DNA of 64,000 nt from Candidatus Harrisonbacteria bacterium (GTDB lineage: Bacteria > Patescibacteriota > Minisyncoccia > UBA6257 > 1-14-0-10-40-38). The position numbers were made by a program, and so were the translations under genes. Below the pieces are notes generated by a model, which saw only the letters and a list, made by a program, of their open reading frames with translations, was not told the origin of the DNA and searched no databases. The DNA lies in contig JAHFLD010000001.1 of the NCBI GenBank assembly GCA_023245035.1, positions 719 to 64,718 of the forward strand, given 5' to 3'. Positions within the stretch are counted from its first letter, which is position 1. Each line of letters begins with the position of its first letter. Shown here one piece after another: positions 27,827 to 37,157 of the stretch.

Positions 27827-29639
27827 GTCCGACCTCAACCCCAAACAATCCCAAGCGGTCAACCACCCAAACGGCCCGCTCCTCATAATTGCCGGCGCCG
27901 GATCCGGCAAAACCAAGACCCTTACCGGCCGAGTGGCCCACCTGATTGAACGCGGCGTTCCTCCGGAAAGAATTATAGCCATAACTTTTACCAATAAGGC
28001 CGCCAAAGAAATGGCCAACCGCGTCCGAACGCTTCTCGCTTCGCGTTTAAATCAAAAAAAACAGCTCGCCATGCCATTTCTGGGAACCTTTCACGCCTTT
28101 GGCGCCCGACTTTTGCGTCAAGAAGCCCATCTTCTGGGACGCACGCCGGCCTATACCATTTTTGATGACGGCGACACCCTTAGTCTTATAAAAAACGTCC
28201 TGGCCAACCTCGGTCTAAGTCGCGAAAAGATGCCCCCGGCCAAAGCGTGTTACTTAATAGGTAAGATTAAAAACGAAATCAAGGATGACCTCGGCGAAGA
28301 TTCCATAATTCAAGCGGTATATGAAGCCTACGAAGAAGCTTTGCAAAAAAACAACGCCTTTGATTTTGAAGATTTAATAGAAAAACCCGTCCGCCTTTTT
28401 GAGCGCCACCCCGCGGTCAAAACTCGCCACCAAAACCTCTTTGACCACATCTTGGTAGACGAGTTCCAAGACACCAATCCGGCACAATATCGGCTTCTGC
28501 GCCACCTCGCTGAAAAACACCAGAACATCAGCGCGGTCGGGGACGACGCCCAAAGTATTTACCGTTTCCGCGGATCGGACTTCCGAAATTTTTTAAATTT
28601 CGAAAATGATTGGCGCGATGTTGCTGTGGTAACTTTGGACCAAAACTATCGCTCAACCGGCACTATTCTTAAAGCCGCCGGCGGTGTCATTGGTCACAAT
28701 ACTCTGCAAAAACCCAAAACTCTGTGGACCGAAAACGAAGCCGGGGAACCGATTACGGTCATTAAGACCATCAACTCGGAAGACGAGGCGGAAACCATCG
28801 GCGACGCCATTTGGAACACCATCCGCGCCGAAAGACATCTTCCTAAAAAAAGCGACGTTGCCATTCTCTACCGCACCAACGCCCAATCGCGGGCCATTGA
28901 ACAAGCGCTTATTGTCCGCAATATCAACTACGACGTCTTCGGCGGGCTCAAATTCTACGAGCGCAAAGAAATCAAAGACATTGTTGCCGGTCTCCGCTTG
29001 GCTCATAATCCCCAAGACTCGGTAAGTCGCGATCGCCTGCAGAAAACCTTCGGCAAACGAGCCGGTGAGCCGATTATCCAAGCCATGATTCAAAGCCCCA
29101 AGGGCGAACAGCCGGCAACCGCGATTGGACGCTTTGTTGATTCCTCAAGTTACGCCCGATACCTTCGGATCAAGTTTACCAATGCCGAAGATCGCTTGGA
29201 AAACGTCCGCGAATTAATCTCCTTTGCCGCCGGCTTTACTGAACTGGGAGACTTCTTGGCAAGAGTGTCTCTCCTTGAGGGCGGGGATGGCAAGGGAACG
29301 GGAGGCGAATCACAACAAGCTCAATTGGTGGGATCTCCCACCGTTCATTTGATGACCATTCACCTGGCCAAGGGCCTGGAATTTGATCGGGTGTTTGTGA
29401 TTGGCGCAAGCGAAGGCATCCTGCCGCACAATCGCTCGCTTACAAGCAACGACGAGCTGGAAGAGGAGCGGCGGCTCATGTATGTTGCCATCACCCGAGG
29501 CCGAAAAAAAGTGACGCTCTCTTTTTTTGGCTACCCTTCGCGCTTCCTCTACGAAATTCCCGGCGACGCGGTGGAATTTATTGATCACAGTGGACGTGGA
29601 ACAACACTCAACGAAGAAGCGATATATCTTGAAGAATAA
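27825..29639 (+). CDS. pcrA: UvrD/PcrA superfamily I DNA helicase
   Basis: MSDLNPKQ, AGAGSGKT, DEFQD, QNYRS, LMTIHLAKGLEF, EEERRLMYVAITR. Confidence 0.93.
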   Translation: MSDLNPKQSQAVNHPNGPLLIIAGAGSGKTKTLTGRVAHLIERGVPPERIIAITFTNKAAKEMANRVRTLLASRLNQKKQLAMPFLGTFHAFGARLLRQEAHLLGRTPAYTIFDDGDTLSLIKNVLANLGLSREKMPPAKACYLIGKIKNEIKDDLGEDSIIQAVYEAYEEALQKNNAFDFEDLIEKPVRLFERHPAVKTRHQNLFDHILVDEFQDTNPAQYRLLRHLAEKHQNISAVGDDAQSIYRFRGSDFRNFLNFENDWRDVAVVTLDQNYRSTGTILKAAGGVIGHNTLQKPKTLWTENEAGEPITVIKTINSEDEAETIGDAIWNTIRAERHLPKKSDVAILYRTNAQSRAIEQALIVRNINYDVFGGLKFYERKEIKDIVAGLRLAHNPQDSVSRDRLQKTFGKRAGEPIIQAMIQSPKGEQPATAIGRFVDSSSYARYLRIKFTNAEDRLENVRELISFAAGFTELGDFLARVSLLEGGDGKGTGGESQQAQLVGSPTVHLMTIHLAKGLEFDRVFVIGASEGILPHNRSLTSNDELEEERRLMYVAITRGRKKVTLSFFGYPSRFLYEIPGDAVEFIDHSGRGTTLNEEAIYLEE

Positions 29640-29656
29640 TCAGACCACTGCCCAAC

Positions 29657-30478
29657 ATGCCGCGCCTCGGACAACATTTTCTAAAAAAAACTTCGGCGAC
29701 TAATACCATCGTCAACGCCCTCAACTTAAAAACCGGTGAAACGGTTATTGAAATCGGCCCCGGAACCGGCGTTCTTACCTGGCCGCTTCTCAAGCGCTGT
29801 AACGAGGTCCAAAGCCGGCTTATCGTAATTGAGCGCGACCCCAAACTCGCCGACGAATTGGCTGAAAAAAATTCAAACCTGAACCTAATCCGTGGCGACG
29901 CGCTTAAGGTAATTCCGCAAATACTAAAAAATCACAACAAAGAAGTGGGCCAAATGCCCGGGTCCCGCGCCAACTTTAAAGTTGTTGGCAACATTCCTTA
30001 CTACATCACCGGCGCCCTACTACGAATGCTGGGCGAATTGAACGAACCACCAATCCAAATAGTGATTATGATTCAAAAAGAAGTAGCCGAAAGATTGGTC
30101 GCCAAACCGCCACGAATGAACCTACTCGCCGCCGCAACCGGGTATTGGGCCGAATCCCAAATTTTAGAAACCCTCGCCCCGGAAGATTTTTCACCGCCAC
30201 CCAAAGTTTCCTCGGCAATAGTCTCTCTGCGAAGCAAGCCCCAAAAAACAACAGCCGAAAGAGAGGCTTATTACCGTTTTATTAAGGCCATCTTCCGTCA
30301 ACCACGAAAAACCATCCTCAATAACCTAAAATCCGCCTATGGCCAAAAAAAAGAGGAAGCAATCAAGGAAGTATTGCTTTCCCAGGGCCTAAGTGGTCTG
30401 GAACGACCACAAAACATCAGTCTGGAAATATTAACAGCTCTCTCAACTTGTGTTGCGCATATGCGCATAATAGAATAG
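29657..30478 (+). CDS. rsmA: 16S rRNA m6,2A dimethyltransferase
   Basis: LGQHFL, EIGPGTG, VGNIPYYIT, IQKEVAERL, FSPPPKV. Confidence 0.95.
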   Translation: MPRLGQHFLKKTSATNTIVNALNLKTGETVIEIGPGTGVLTWPLLKRCNEVQSRLIVIERDPKLADELAEKNSNLNLIRGDALKVIPQILKNHNKEVGQMPGSRANFKVVGNIPYYITGALLRMLGELNEPPIQIVIMIQKEVAERLVAKPPRMNLLAAATGYWAESQILETLAPEDFSPPPKVSSAIVSLRSKPQKTTAEREAYYRFIKAIFRQPRKTILNNLKSAYGQKKEEAIKEVLLSQGLSGLERPQNISLEILTALSTCVAHMRIIE

Positions 30479-30482
30479 AAGG

Positions 30483-30773
30483 GTGATCAAGCTTGCGGCG
30501 CTTTTACTGCTCGTGCTTGCTTCCTTTTTTGTGGTGCATCCAGCCCATGCGCTCTATTTTTTCGGCGGTAAAATCGTAGCCATCGCCCCGCCAGCTCCCT
30601 ACGGCCCTTGCTCGTCGGCTTCAATCTTTGTCGTTGGCCCCCGTCCCGGAGTTTTTATGCTTCCGCCCGGCATTCTTTATGCCTACCGCGCCATCCATGT
30701 CGGAGCGTTAGTTTTGGGTAGCGCCACCCAGGCCCAATGCGGCACTATTTTTTACATGGGAACCAGTTATTAA
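30483..30773 (+). CDS. Small secreted Cys-containing protein, first gene of VirB4 cluster
   Basis: Signal peptide ending in AHA, two Cys. Confidence 0.65.
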   Translation: MIKLAALLLLVLASFFVVHPAHALYFFGGKIVAIAPPAPYGPCSSASIFVVGPRPGVFMLPPGILYAYRAIHVGALVLGSATQAQCGTIFYMGTSY

Positions 30774-30788
30774 GCCTGTTTTACAACA

Positions 30789-31559
30789 ATGAAAAAACTG
30801 ATTGGAATTGCCATACTTCTCTCCTCGCTCGCGCTCGCCATTTTCATCCTGCGAGAAAATAAGCCCGTCGCCATAAACACCGAAGCGCAAACGCCATTCG
30901 AAACTCTGGCCTCAATTCCGGAAACTCTGCCCATAACTACAAAAATCGAAGCACCGGCCAAAGACGCGCTACCGGAAAAAAACATCACCCTTCAAGTCAG
31001 TCAGCAAATTGCCGAAGAGTTTTTGAAAAAAAATCCCAACGGCCCGGATCTGCTTTCCGGTGAAAATTTCGTGAACGCGATTGAACCGGAAAAATTGGTG
31101 GAAAATCTAGTTTCCGGCAAGCTTGGCGACGAAGCCCTGGCCGACTTCAATCCCGTTATTACCGCCACCGAATTAAACCTTATTCCCGCCAAAGATAAGG
31201 AGGCTTTGCGGGCCTATCTTGAAAAATTCAACGCCGTCATTCAAGACAACGCCGGCGGACTGAATGTTGATTTTTCCAATCCGACAGCCGAAGACTTTGA
31301 CCGCATCGTTCGTGTCGGTGAAAAAACCATCGCCGCCTTTTACGCCCTGCCAGTTCCACCACCCGTTATCAATATCCACAAAGAAGAACTGCGCTTGCTG
31401 ACCATCCAACGCAACATCTTCCGCAACATCAGCAACTACGCAAACGACCCGCTCCGCGCCTGGGTTTCTATTGAAATGTACCAACAAAATGAAAAGGAAT
31501 TCGCCGAATTAAAACAAAAAATCGCTGATTTCGTAAAAACCAACAACCTCGGCGTATGA
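30789..31559 (+). CDS. Hypothetical membrane-anchored protein
   Basis: N-terminal TM, operonic spacing. Confidence 0.75.
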   Translation: MKKLIGIAILLSSLALAIFILRENKPVAINTEAQTPFETLASIPETLPITTKIEAPAKDALPEKNITLQVSQQIAEEFLKKNPNGPDLLSGENFVNAIEPEKLVENLVSGKLGDEALADFNPVITATELNLIPAKDKEALRAYLEKFNAVIQDNAGGLNVDFSNPTAEDFDRIVRVGEKTIAAFYALPVPPPVINIHKEELRLLTIQRNIFRNISNYANDPLRAWVSIEMYQQNEKEFAELKQKIADFVKTNNLGV

Positions 31560-33016
31560 AAACCAAATTCCTCAAAATCTCCGCCGGCTTCCTGACGCTT
31601 ATAATTTTGGCCAGCCAAGTATTGATTTCGCCCCCCAAAGCCCGCGCCATCGCCGCCGCCCCGCTTTCGGTGCCAACTTTTGAAACTAATCCGGTGGTGG
31701 TAACCGCGGTCTCTAGCGAAACTTCCCAAACCTTCTTTGAGTGGGCGCAAACCTTTGTTTTGGAAACTCTCAAAAAAAGAATTTTAGATATGATGGTTGA
31801 CCAAATCGTCGTCTGGATTCAAGGCGGCGGCAAACCAAAATTCATTACCAACTGGGGAGATTTTCTCGCCGAAGCCGGTAATGCCGCGGTGGGGGATCTG
31901 GCCAAAGAACTGGGGCTTGGCTTTCTCTGCTCGCCATTTAGTTTGCAAATTCAAATCGGTCTCCTGCCGGTTCAACGCTTTTCCAAAAGGGCGTCCTGCA
32001 CGCTGGATAAGATTGTCAGCAACATCAATGGTTTTTACGCCAACTTTAGGAACGGCGGCTGGATTGCCTACAGCTCCGCCTGGGAACCGCAAAACAATTT
32101 TGCCGGCGCCAGTCTGATTGTAGACGCCGAAGTCGCCCGGCGTCGAGAAAAAGCCGAATCAAGCGCCTACGCCGAAGCCCAAGCCGGACACGGCTTCCTC
32201 TCCACCAAAAAATGCGACAAAGATAAAAATGGTAAGGACATTGCAAGCACCTGCGTCATCACCACCCCGGGAGACACCATCGGCAACCTCGTATCGAAAG
32301 CTGTTGGTAGCGACATTGATTACATCTTGAGCGCCAAACAACTCTCTCAATATGTCGCCGCGATTTCCAACGCCCTCATCAATCGCTTAATCATTGAAGG
32401 CGTTAACGGCCTTCGCGGTCTCACCACCGCCGCCGCTCCGCAGGGCGGCGTGATTCCCCGAAGCGCCACCGGCAATTGCGCCGGCCTTCGTGGCGGATCG
32501 CTAAATGCCTGCCTCTCCTATGGTTCCAGCAACAACCTAAACGCCACCTCAACCTTAATCACTCAGATCAACCTCTCCCTTAATCCGCGCCTGGAAGCTC
32601 AAAACTCTTTTACTAATAGCATCAGCCAGCTTCAATCCTACGCGCAATCCTTGCAAGGATTCCTTAATACGCTAAACACCAGCAGCTGCCCCTTGCAAAG
32701 TCTCCGTGTTCAAAATGTCCAGACCGAAATCAGCTGGACAAGTAGCACCATCACCGACCTGCAAAACCAAAAAAATACCAATCAAACAACCATCGACAAC
32801 CTCAACCGGCTTCTCGCTCAAGTTCGCGCCCTGCCACCTAACAGCTGGCAACAAATTAGCGACCTCTCGGTTCAACTAAACTCACAACTCAATGCCGCCG
32901 ACGCCCAGACTGTTCTGCAGGGCGCCCAAAGTCAGTCAAACGACATCAGCTCTCGTATCAGCCAAAACACCCAAACCCTCGGTCAAAGCGCTACCCTTTG
33001 TAGTCTGGGCCAATAA
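31556..33016 (+). CDS. Secreted Cys-containing protein with Gln/Asn/Ser-rich coiled C-terminus (T4SS-like cluster)
   Basis: Signal peptide; LCSPF..CTL..GGW..GFLSTKKC..CVITTPG; ATGA overlap with previous gene. Confidence 0.75.
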   Translation: MKTKFLKISAGFLTLIILASQVLISPPKARAIAAAPLSVPTFETNPVVVTAVSSETSQTFFEWAQTFVLETLKKRILDMMVDQIVVWIQGGGKPKFITNWGDFLAEAGNAAVGDLAKELGLGFLCSPFSLQIQIGLLPVQRFSKRASCTLDKIVSNINGFYANFRNGGWIAYSSAWEPQNNFAGASLIVDAEVARRREKAESSAYAEAQAGHGFLSTKKCDKDKNGKDIASTCVITTPGDTIGNLVSKAVGSDIDYILSAKQLSQYVAAISNALINRLIIEGVNGLRGLTTAAAPQGGVIPRSATGNCAGLRGGSLNACLSYGSSNNLNATSTLITQINLSLNPRLEAQNSFTNSISQLQSYAQSLQGFLNTLNTSSCPLQSLRVQNVQTEISWTSSTITDLQNQKNTNQTTIDNLNRLLAQVRALPPNSWQQISDLSVQLNSQLNAADAQTVLQGAQSQSNDISSRISQNTQTLGQSATLCSLGQ

Positions 33017-33021
33017 ATAGT

Positions 33022-35148
33022 ATGAAAATCTTTTTTAAAAAAGTCGTTCTGCTCATCCCCTTGATCGCCATAGCCGGATCTTTAAGTCTTGGCCTCGCAA
33101 CGGCGCGAGCCCAATCTCAACAGCCAGCAATCCCGCCTCTCAACACTGGTCTTCCAAGCCCAACACAAGAAGCAAAAAGCTCTAGTGCCAACCTCGATTG
33201 TGGCTGGGGCAACATTGGAGACTGCTTCCTCGGTGGAATTAAAAATGTTTTCCTCGGAATTGCCTATGTTATCGGGCTTTTGGGTAGCAAGGTTTTGCAG
33301 CTTATGGCCGGTCTTTACAATTTCGCTATTCAGCAAAACTTTAAAATTCTGGAAAATGGCAACTTCATAATTAATGCCGGCTTCCGAACCTCACTCTCGG
33401 TTGTCAACCTCGGCTTTGTATTGGCCATAATTCTGATGGCCTTCAGTTGGATCTTGGGCATTGAAAGCTATAGCGGTAAAAAAATGCTCTTTAAATTAGT
33501 AACCGCGGCCTTACTGGTAAACTTTAGCCTGCTTATCGTCGGGGTTTTTCTGGATTTTAGCCACGTCATCGCCACCAGTTTTATCGGCGGAGATCCGGCA
33601 ACAACCATTGTTAAGACCTTTAATCCCCAAAAAATATTGGCCCTTAAAGATGGCGACTTCCGAAGTGGGAGTGATTTTTGGGTTGATTTAATGAGTCGCC
33701 TACAAACAAGCGTCTTTCAAGGAATTCTCACTTGGGTTATCGCCATTACCCTTGGAGGGCTCGCTATCATGGTCGTGGGGCGCTATATCATCTTAAGTAT
33801 TCTAATCGTCACCATGCCATTTGCTTGGTTGTTCACTGTTTTGCCCAAGTACGAAAAAATTCATAGTGAGTGGTGGTCAAAATTTTTAGGACAAGTCTTT
33901 TTCCTGCCCGCCGTAAGTTTTTTCGTCTATCTTGCGATTGGAACATATAGCAACATAGATCCATCTAAAGGCGGAATTGATCAGATCGCCTCTGCCTTTG
34001 AGCAAGGCAACTTCGTCAATAATTCATTCCAATATGCCCTTCAAACCATCGCCTTCGTCGCCCTGCTTTGGGGCGGCATGATCGCGGCCGCGAAAATTGG
34101 CGACAAGGCCGGCAGCGCCGGCATTGGTTTCGCCGGCTATCTTAAAAATACCGCGCTTGGTAAAAATAAAACCCTTAATAAAGGGCTCGCTGCTGGCGCC
34201 GCTGGAGCTGGAGTCGTTGCGGGAAAGGGAACCAGGGTCGGTCTCTCCAGACTATCTCGCAAAATTGGCCTAAGTGGAATCGCCGACCGCTTAAGCGGTG
34301 TTAGCAACAAAGACAAAGTTGAAACTTATCGAAAAGGCGCTTTTGGCAAGATGAACGACGAACAATTGCGTATTGCTGCCAAGAAGAGTTACCTGGACCC
34401 AGTGCATAAAGCCGCCCTGCTTGCCGAACTCACCGCCAAAAAGAAGCTGGATTATCTGCCAAAAGATAACTGGGAAGATTATGGTCGCGTCGCCATGGCT
34501 CAAAACCCCGGTACCTCGAGCAAGGACATTGAAGCTATCAAATTAATGGGAGAGAAGAACCCCGAGCTTGCCGGCAAACTTCTTACCGACACCGACATCA
34601 AGCGCGCCCTAGAGGAAGACGAAACAAAAACCCGTGACGCCGCCAAGAAGAGCGGTACCGCTTACACGCCCAAAACCAAAACCGAACAAGATGCGGTCAT
34701 TGAATCAGCTCGCCAAAAAGCCATTGTAAACGCCGCCAAAAAACTAGACGCCGAAAAAGCCAAAGACCTTTCCGAAGAGGCGCTTCGTAAAACCGCTATC
34801 GCCGGCAGCCTATCCGACGTTGCCGCCAAAGGTGTTATCCAAAGCGGCAACCTCAAAAAACTAAAAGCTCTTAAAGAAGGCTTGGAAGCGGTGAAAGATG
34901 GCGCTTCAGCCTCAGTTAAAGATGCTAAACACTATGACGACGAGCTCCGCGATCTCAAAAAACAGCTACAAGACGCCAAAGATCGCAACAATAATAACAA
35001 AATTGATGATATAAAAAACAAGCAAAAAGCTGCTGAAGAGAGAAAGAAATTACACATAGAAGCCATGGACGAAAAAGACCGTAATGATTTCCGGGCAATC
35101 AAGAACCTCCACACCATTGAACAAACCATTGCCGGTATTGACGACTAA
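33022..35148 (+). CDS. VirB6/TrbL-like polytopic membrane protein with charged C-terminal tail
   Basis: Signal peptide, multiple TMs (LVTAALLVNFS, RYIILSILIVTMPFAW, WWSKFL), Lys/Asp-rich tail. Confidence 0.65.
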   Translation: MKIFFKKVVLLIPLIAIAGSLSLGLATARAQSQQPAIPPLNTGLPSPTQEAKSSSANLDCGWGNIGDCFLGGIKNVFLGIAYVIGLLGSKVLQLMAGLYNFAIQQNFKILENGNFIINAGFRTSLSVVNLGFVLAIILMAFSWILGIESYSGKKMLFKLVTAALLVNFSLLIVGVFLDFSHVIATSFIGGDPATTIVKTFNPQKILALKDGDFRSGSDFWVDLMSRLQTSVFQGILTWVIAITLGGLAIMVVGRYIILSILIVTMPFAWLFTVLPKYEKIHSEWWSKFLGQVFFLPAVSFFVYLAIGTYSNIDPSKGGIDQIASAFEQGNFVNNSFQYALQTIAFVALLWGGMIAAAKIGDKAGSAGIGFAGYLKNTALGKNKTLNKGLAAGAAGAGVVAGKGTRVGLSRLSRKIGLSGIADRLSGVSNKDKVETYRKGAFGKMNDEQLRIAAKKSYLDPVHKAALLAELTAKKKLDYLPKDNWEDYGRVAMAQNPGTSSKDIEAIKLMGEKNPELAGKLLTDTDIKRALEEDETKTRDAAKKSGTAYTPKTKTEQDAVIESARQKAIVNAAKKLDAEKAKDLSEEALRKTAIAGSLSDVAAKGVIQSGNLKKLKALKEGLEAVKDGASASVKDAKHYDDELRDLKKQLQDAKDRNNNNKIDDIKNKQKAAEERKKLHIEAMDEKDRNDFRAIKNLHTIEQTIAGIDD

Positions 35149-35154
35149 AAATCT

Positions 35155-35880
35155 ATGCCCGAAAACAGCCAACCACAAAACTCGTTTGAACGCCTGCCTT
35201 TTGGCATCCAACAGTTATTAACTTCGCCCCAAACCGTAGACGCCATAACCGAAATTAACGACTCGCGCGTCTCTCCGGAAAACGACGGCGTTATTCCGCG
35301 CCTTCTCCTGCGCTTGATGCTCAAAAAAATCTATCCGCAAAATTTCATCGCCGAGCTCCGCTCAAATCTCAATGTGGACGGCGAAACCGCGAGACTTATC
35401 GCGCGAGACCTGGTGAAATCCATTCTTGGCCCCGCCAAAGAAACCATCAAACGAGAGCTGGAAATTGACATTGGACTTATCGAACTCGGCGGCGAAGAAG
35501 CGATCCCCGACGCCGCTCTTTCTCCGGCTATCATCGCTCCCGAAGTCGCTAATCTGCCAAAATTCGCCCCAGAAACAAAAATACCAACAACCCCAATCGC
35601 CGAAATAACACCCACCCCAACAATCTACGACGGTGAGTCGCCACTCATCATCCACGAAGAAAAATCTCCGATTGTCGCCGGCGCCGAACCCGTCGTGCCA
35701 TCCTTTAACTACAAGCCCAAAGAAGAATCCTATTGGCGCTCCGCCGAACCAAAGCCCATCGCGGTTCGCGTCGAAACTCCCAAAAACGCCCTAGCCAATC
35801 CCGAACCAAAAAACCCTCGTCGGATCGTCCACTACAGCAATTTTAGAACACCCCTCAACGATGCGAACGATAAAAAATAA
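35155..35880 (+). CDS. Hypothetical protein with Pro-rich linker
   Basis: 241-aa ORF within operon. Confidence 0.7.
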   Translation: MPENSQPQNSFERLPFGIQQLLTSPQTVDAITEINDSRVSPENDGVIPRLLLRLMLKKIYPQNFIAELRSNLNVDGETARLIARDLVKSILGPAKETIKRELEIDIGLIELGGEEAIPDAALSPAIIAPEVANLPKFAPETKIPTTPIAEITPTPTIYDGESPLIIHEEKSPIVAGAEPVVPSFNYKPKEESYWRSAEPKPIAVRVETPKNALANPEPKNPRRIVHYSNFRTPLNDANDKK

Positions 35881-35901
35881 TTAGTGTCTCGCATCACCAC
35901 T

Positions 35902-36420
35902 ATGCAATTCCAAGTCCCACAATTTATTGAGACCGAACCGAAAATCGTCGGCCCTTTGACGCTCAAGCAATTTGGCTTCATAGCTGTGGCTAGCATCGTG
36001 AGCTTCTTGTTGTTTTTTATCTTTGAAATCTGGCTTTGGCTGCTATTCACGGTCATCCTTGGTAGTATTGCCGCCGGTATGGCTTTTTTGAAATACGAAG
36101 GCCAACCCATGCCGCGCATTGTCGTGGCCGCCATCAGATACAAACTCTCGCCAAAACTTTACCTTTGGAAAAGCGACACTACCGCTCCCGGGTTGGCCAT
36201 GCCGCACATACCGGAAAATTTAATCCACAAGGGCAGGCGAACACCGCTTAAAGAACTTGCCGAAAAAATCGTCACCACTACCCACGCCATTGAAAAACGC
36301 GAGAAACCTCTGCACCCTTTTGATTTTTTGCACCTGCCAAACAAAATCCAAGAACGTTTTGAAGCGCTAAAAAAGACCACTGGTGAAAGAGAAATGGCTC
36401 GCCGCGTTGATTACCGCTAA
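35902..36420 (+). CDS. PrgI family (VirB3-like) protein
   Basis: MQFQVPQFIETEPKIVGPLTLKQF followed by two TMs. Confidence 0.85.
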   Translation: MQFQVPQFIETEPKIVGPLTLKQFGFIAVASIVSFLLFFIFEIWLWLLFTVILGSIAAGMAFLKYEGQPMPRIVVAAIRYKLSPKLYLWKSDTTAPGLAMPHIPENLIHKGRRTPLKELAEKIVTTTHAIEKREKPLHPFDFLHLPNKIQERFEALKKTTGEREMARRVDYR

Positions 36421-36470
36421 ACACCTCGTGGCACGGCCCGCCCGAACAAGATACAATTAAAGACAAACTC

Positions 36471-37157
36471 ATGGATGCTACCAATAAAACCCCAAACCCG
36501 GCTACCCAAGACTTCGTGGAAATCAAAGACGTCCGCCAGGGAGTGGTTATGTTAAAAAACGGGGGACTGCGCAAAATCGTCCTCGTTTCCGGCACCAACT
36601 TCGATCTAAAATCGGAGGAAGAACAGGGATTGATTTTAAGCGCCTTCCAAAATTTTTTAAACGGTTTGGATTTTAGTCTCCAGATTTTTATTCACTCCCG
36701 AAAACTCAACATTGAGCAATACTTGCAAAACCTTGGCCGGCGCTTGGAGCAAGAAACCAACGGTCTCCTCAAAAATCAAATTACCGAATATCGGGAATTT
36801 ATTCGAACCCTCGTGGCCGAAAACGCCATTATGAATAAAACCTATTTCGCGGTCATTCCTTACGACCCAATCCAAATCGCGGAAACCGGAAAAAAACTAG
36901 CCGGCAGCGTTTTGGGTCTTTTCAACAAAAAACCGGCGATCCCGGCAGACGATAGTCTAACCGAAGAAAAATTCTCCGAATATCTGGAACAGCTCAACCA
37001 GCGGGTGGAACAAGTGGTCAGCGGTCTTAACCAAGTTGGTTTGCGCGTAGTGCCTTTGGAGGGGGATGAGTTGACCGAACTTTTTTACAACCTCTACAAT
37101 CCCGGCGCCATCGAAAAAACCGACATCGAAACTTCCGCCATTAAAAAAACACCATGA
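36471..37157 (+). CDS. VirB4-associated protein (resembles N-terminal part of TraC/VirB4)
   Basis: TQDFVEIKDVRQGVV..NFDLKSEEEQ..FLNGLDFSLQI..ELFYNLYNP; between prgI and virB4. Confidence 0.65.
   Translation: MDATNKTPNPATQDFVEIKDVRQGVVMLKNGGLRKIVLVSGTNFDLKSEEEQGLILSAFQNFLNGLDFSLQIFIHSRKLNIEQYLQNLGRRLEQETNGLLKNQITEYREFIRTLVAENAIMNKTYFAVIPYDPIQIAETGKKLAGSVLGLFNKKPAIPADDSLTEEKFSEYLEQLNQRVEQVVSGLNQVGLRVVPLEGDELTELFYNLYNPGAIEKTDIETSAIKKTP

Noticed and set aside
30462-30490. dif site (TGCGCATAAT resembles the XerC arm)
   Set aside because: No XerD arm (TTATGTTAAA), and it lies near the origin rather than the terminus.
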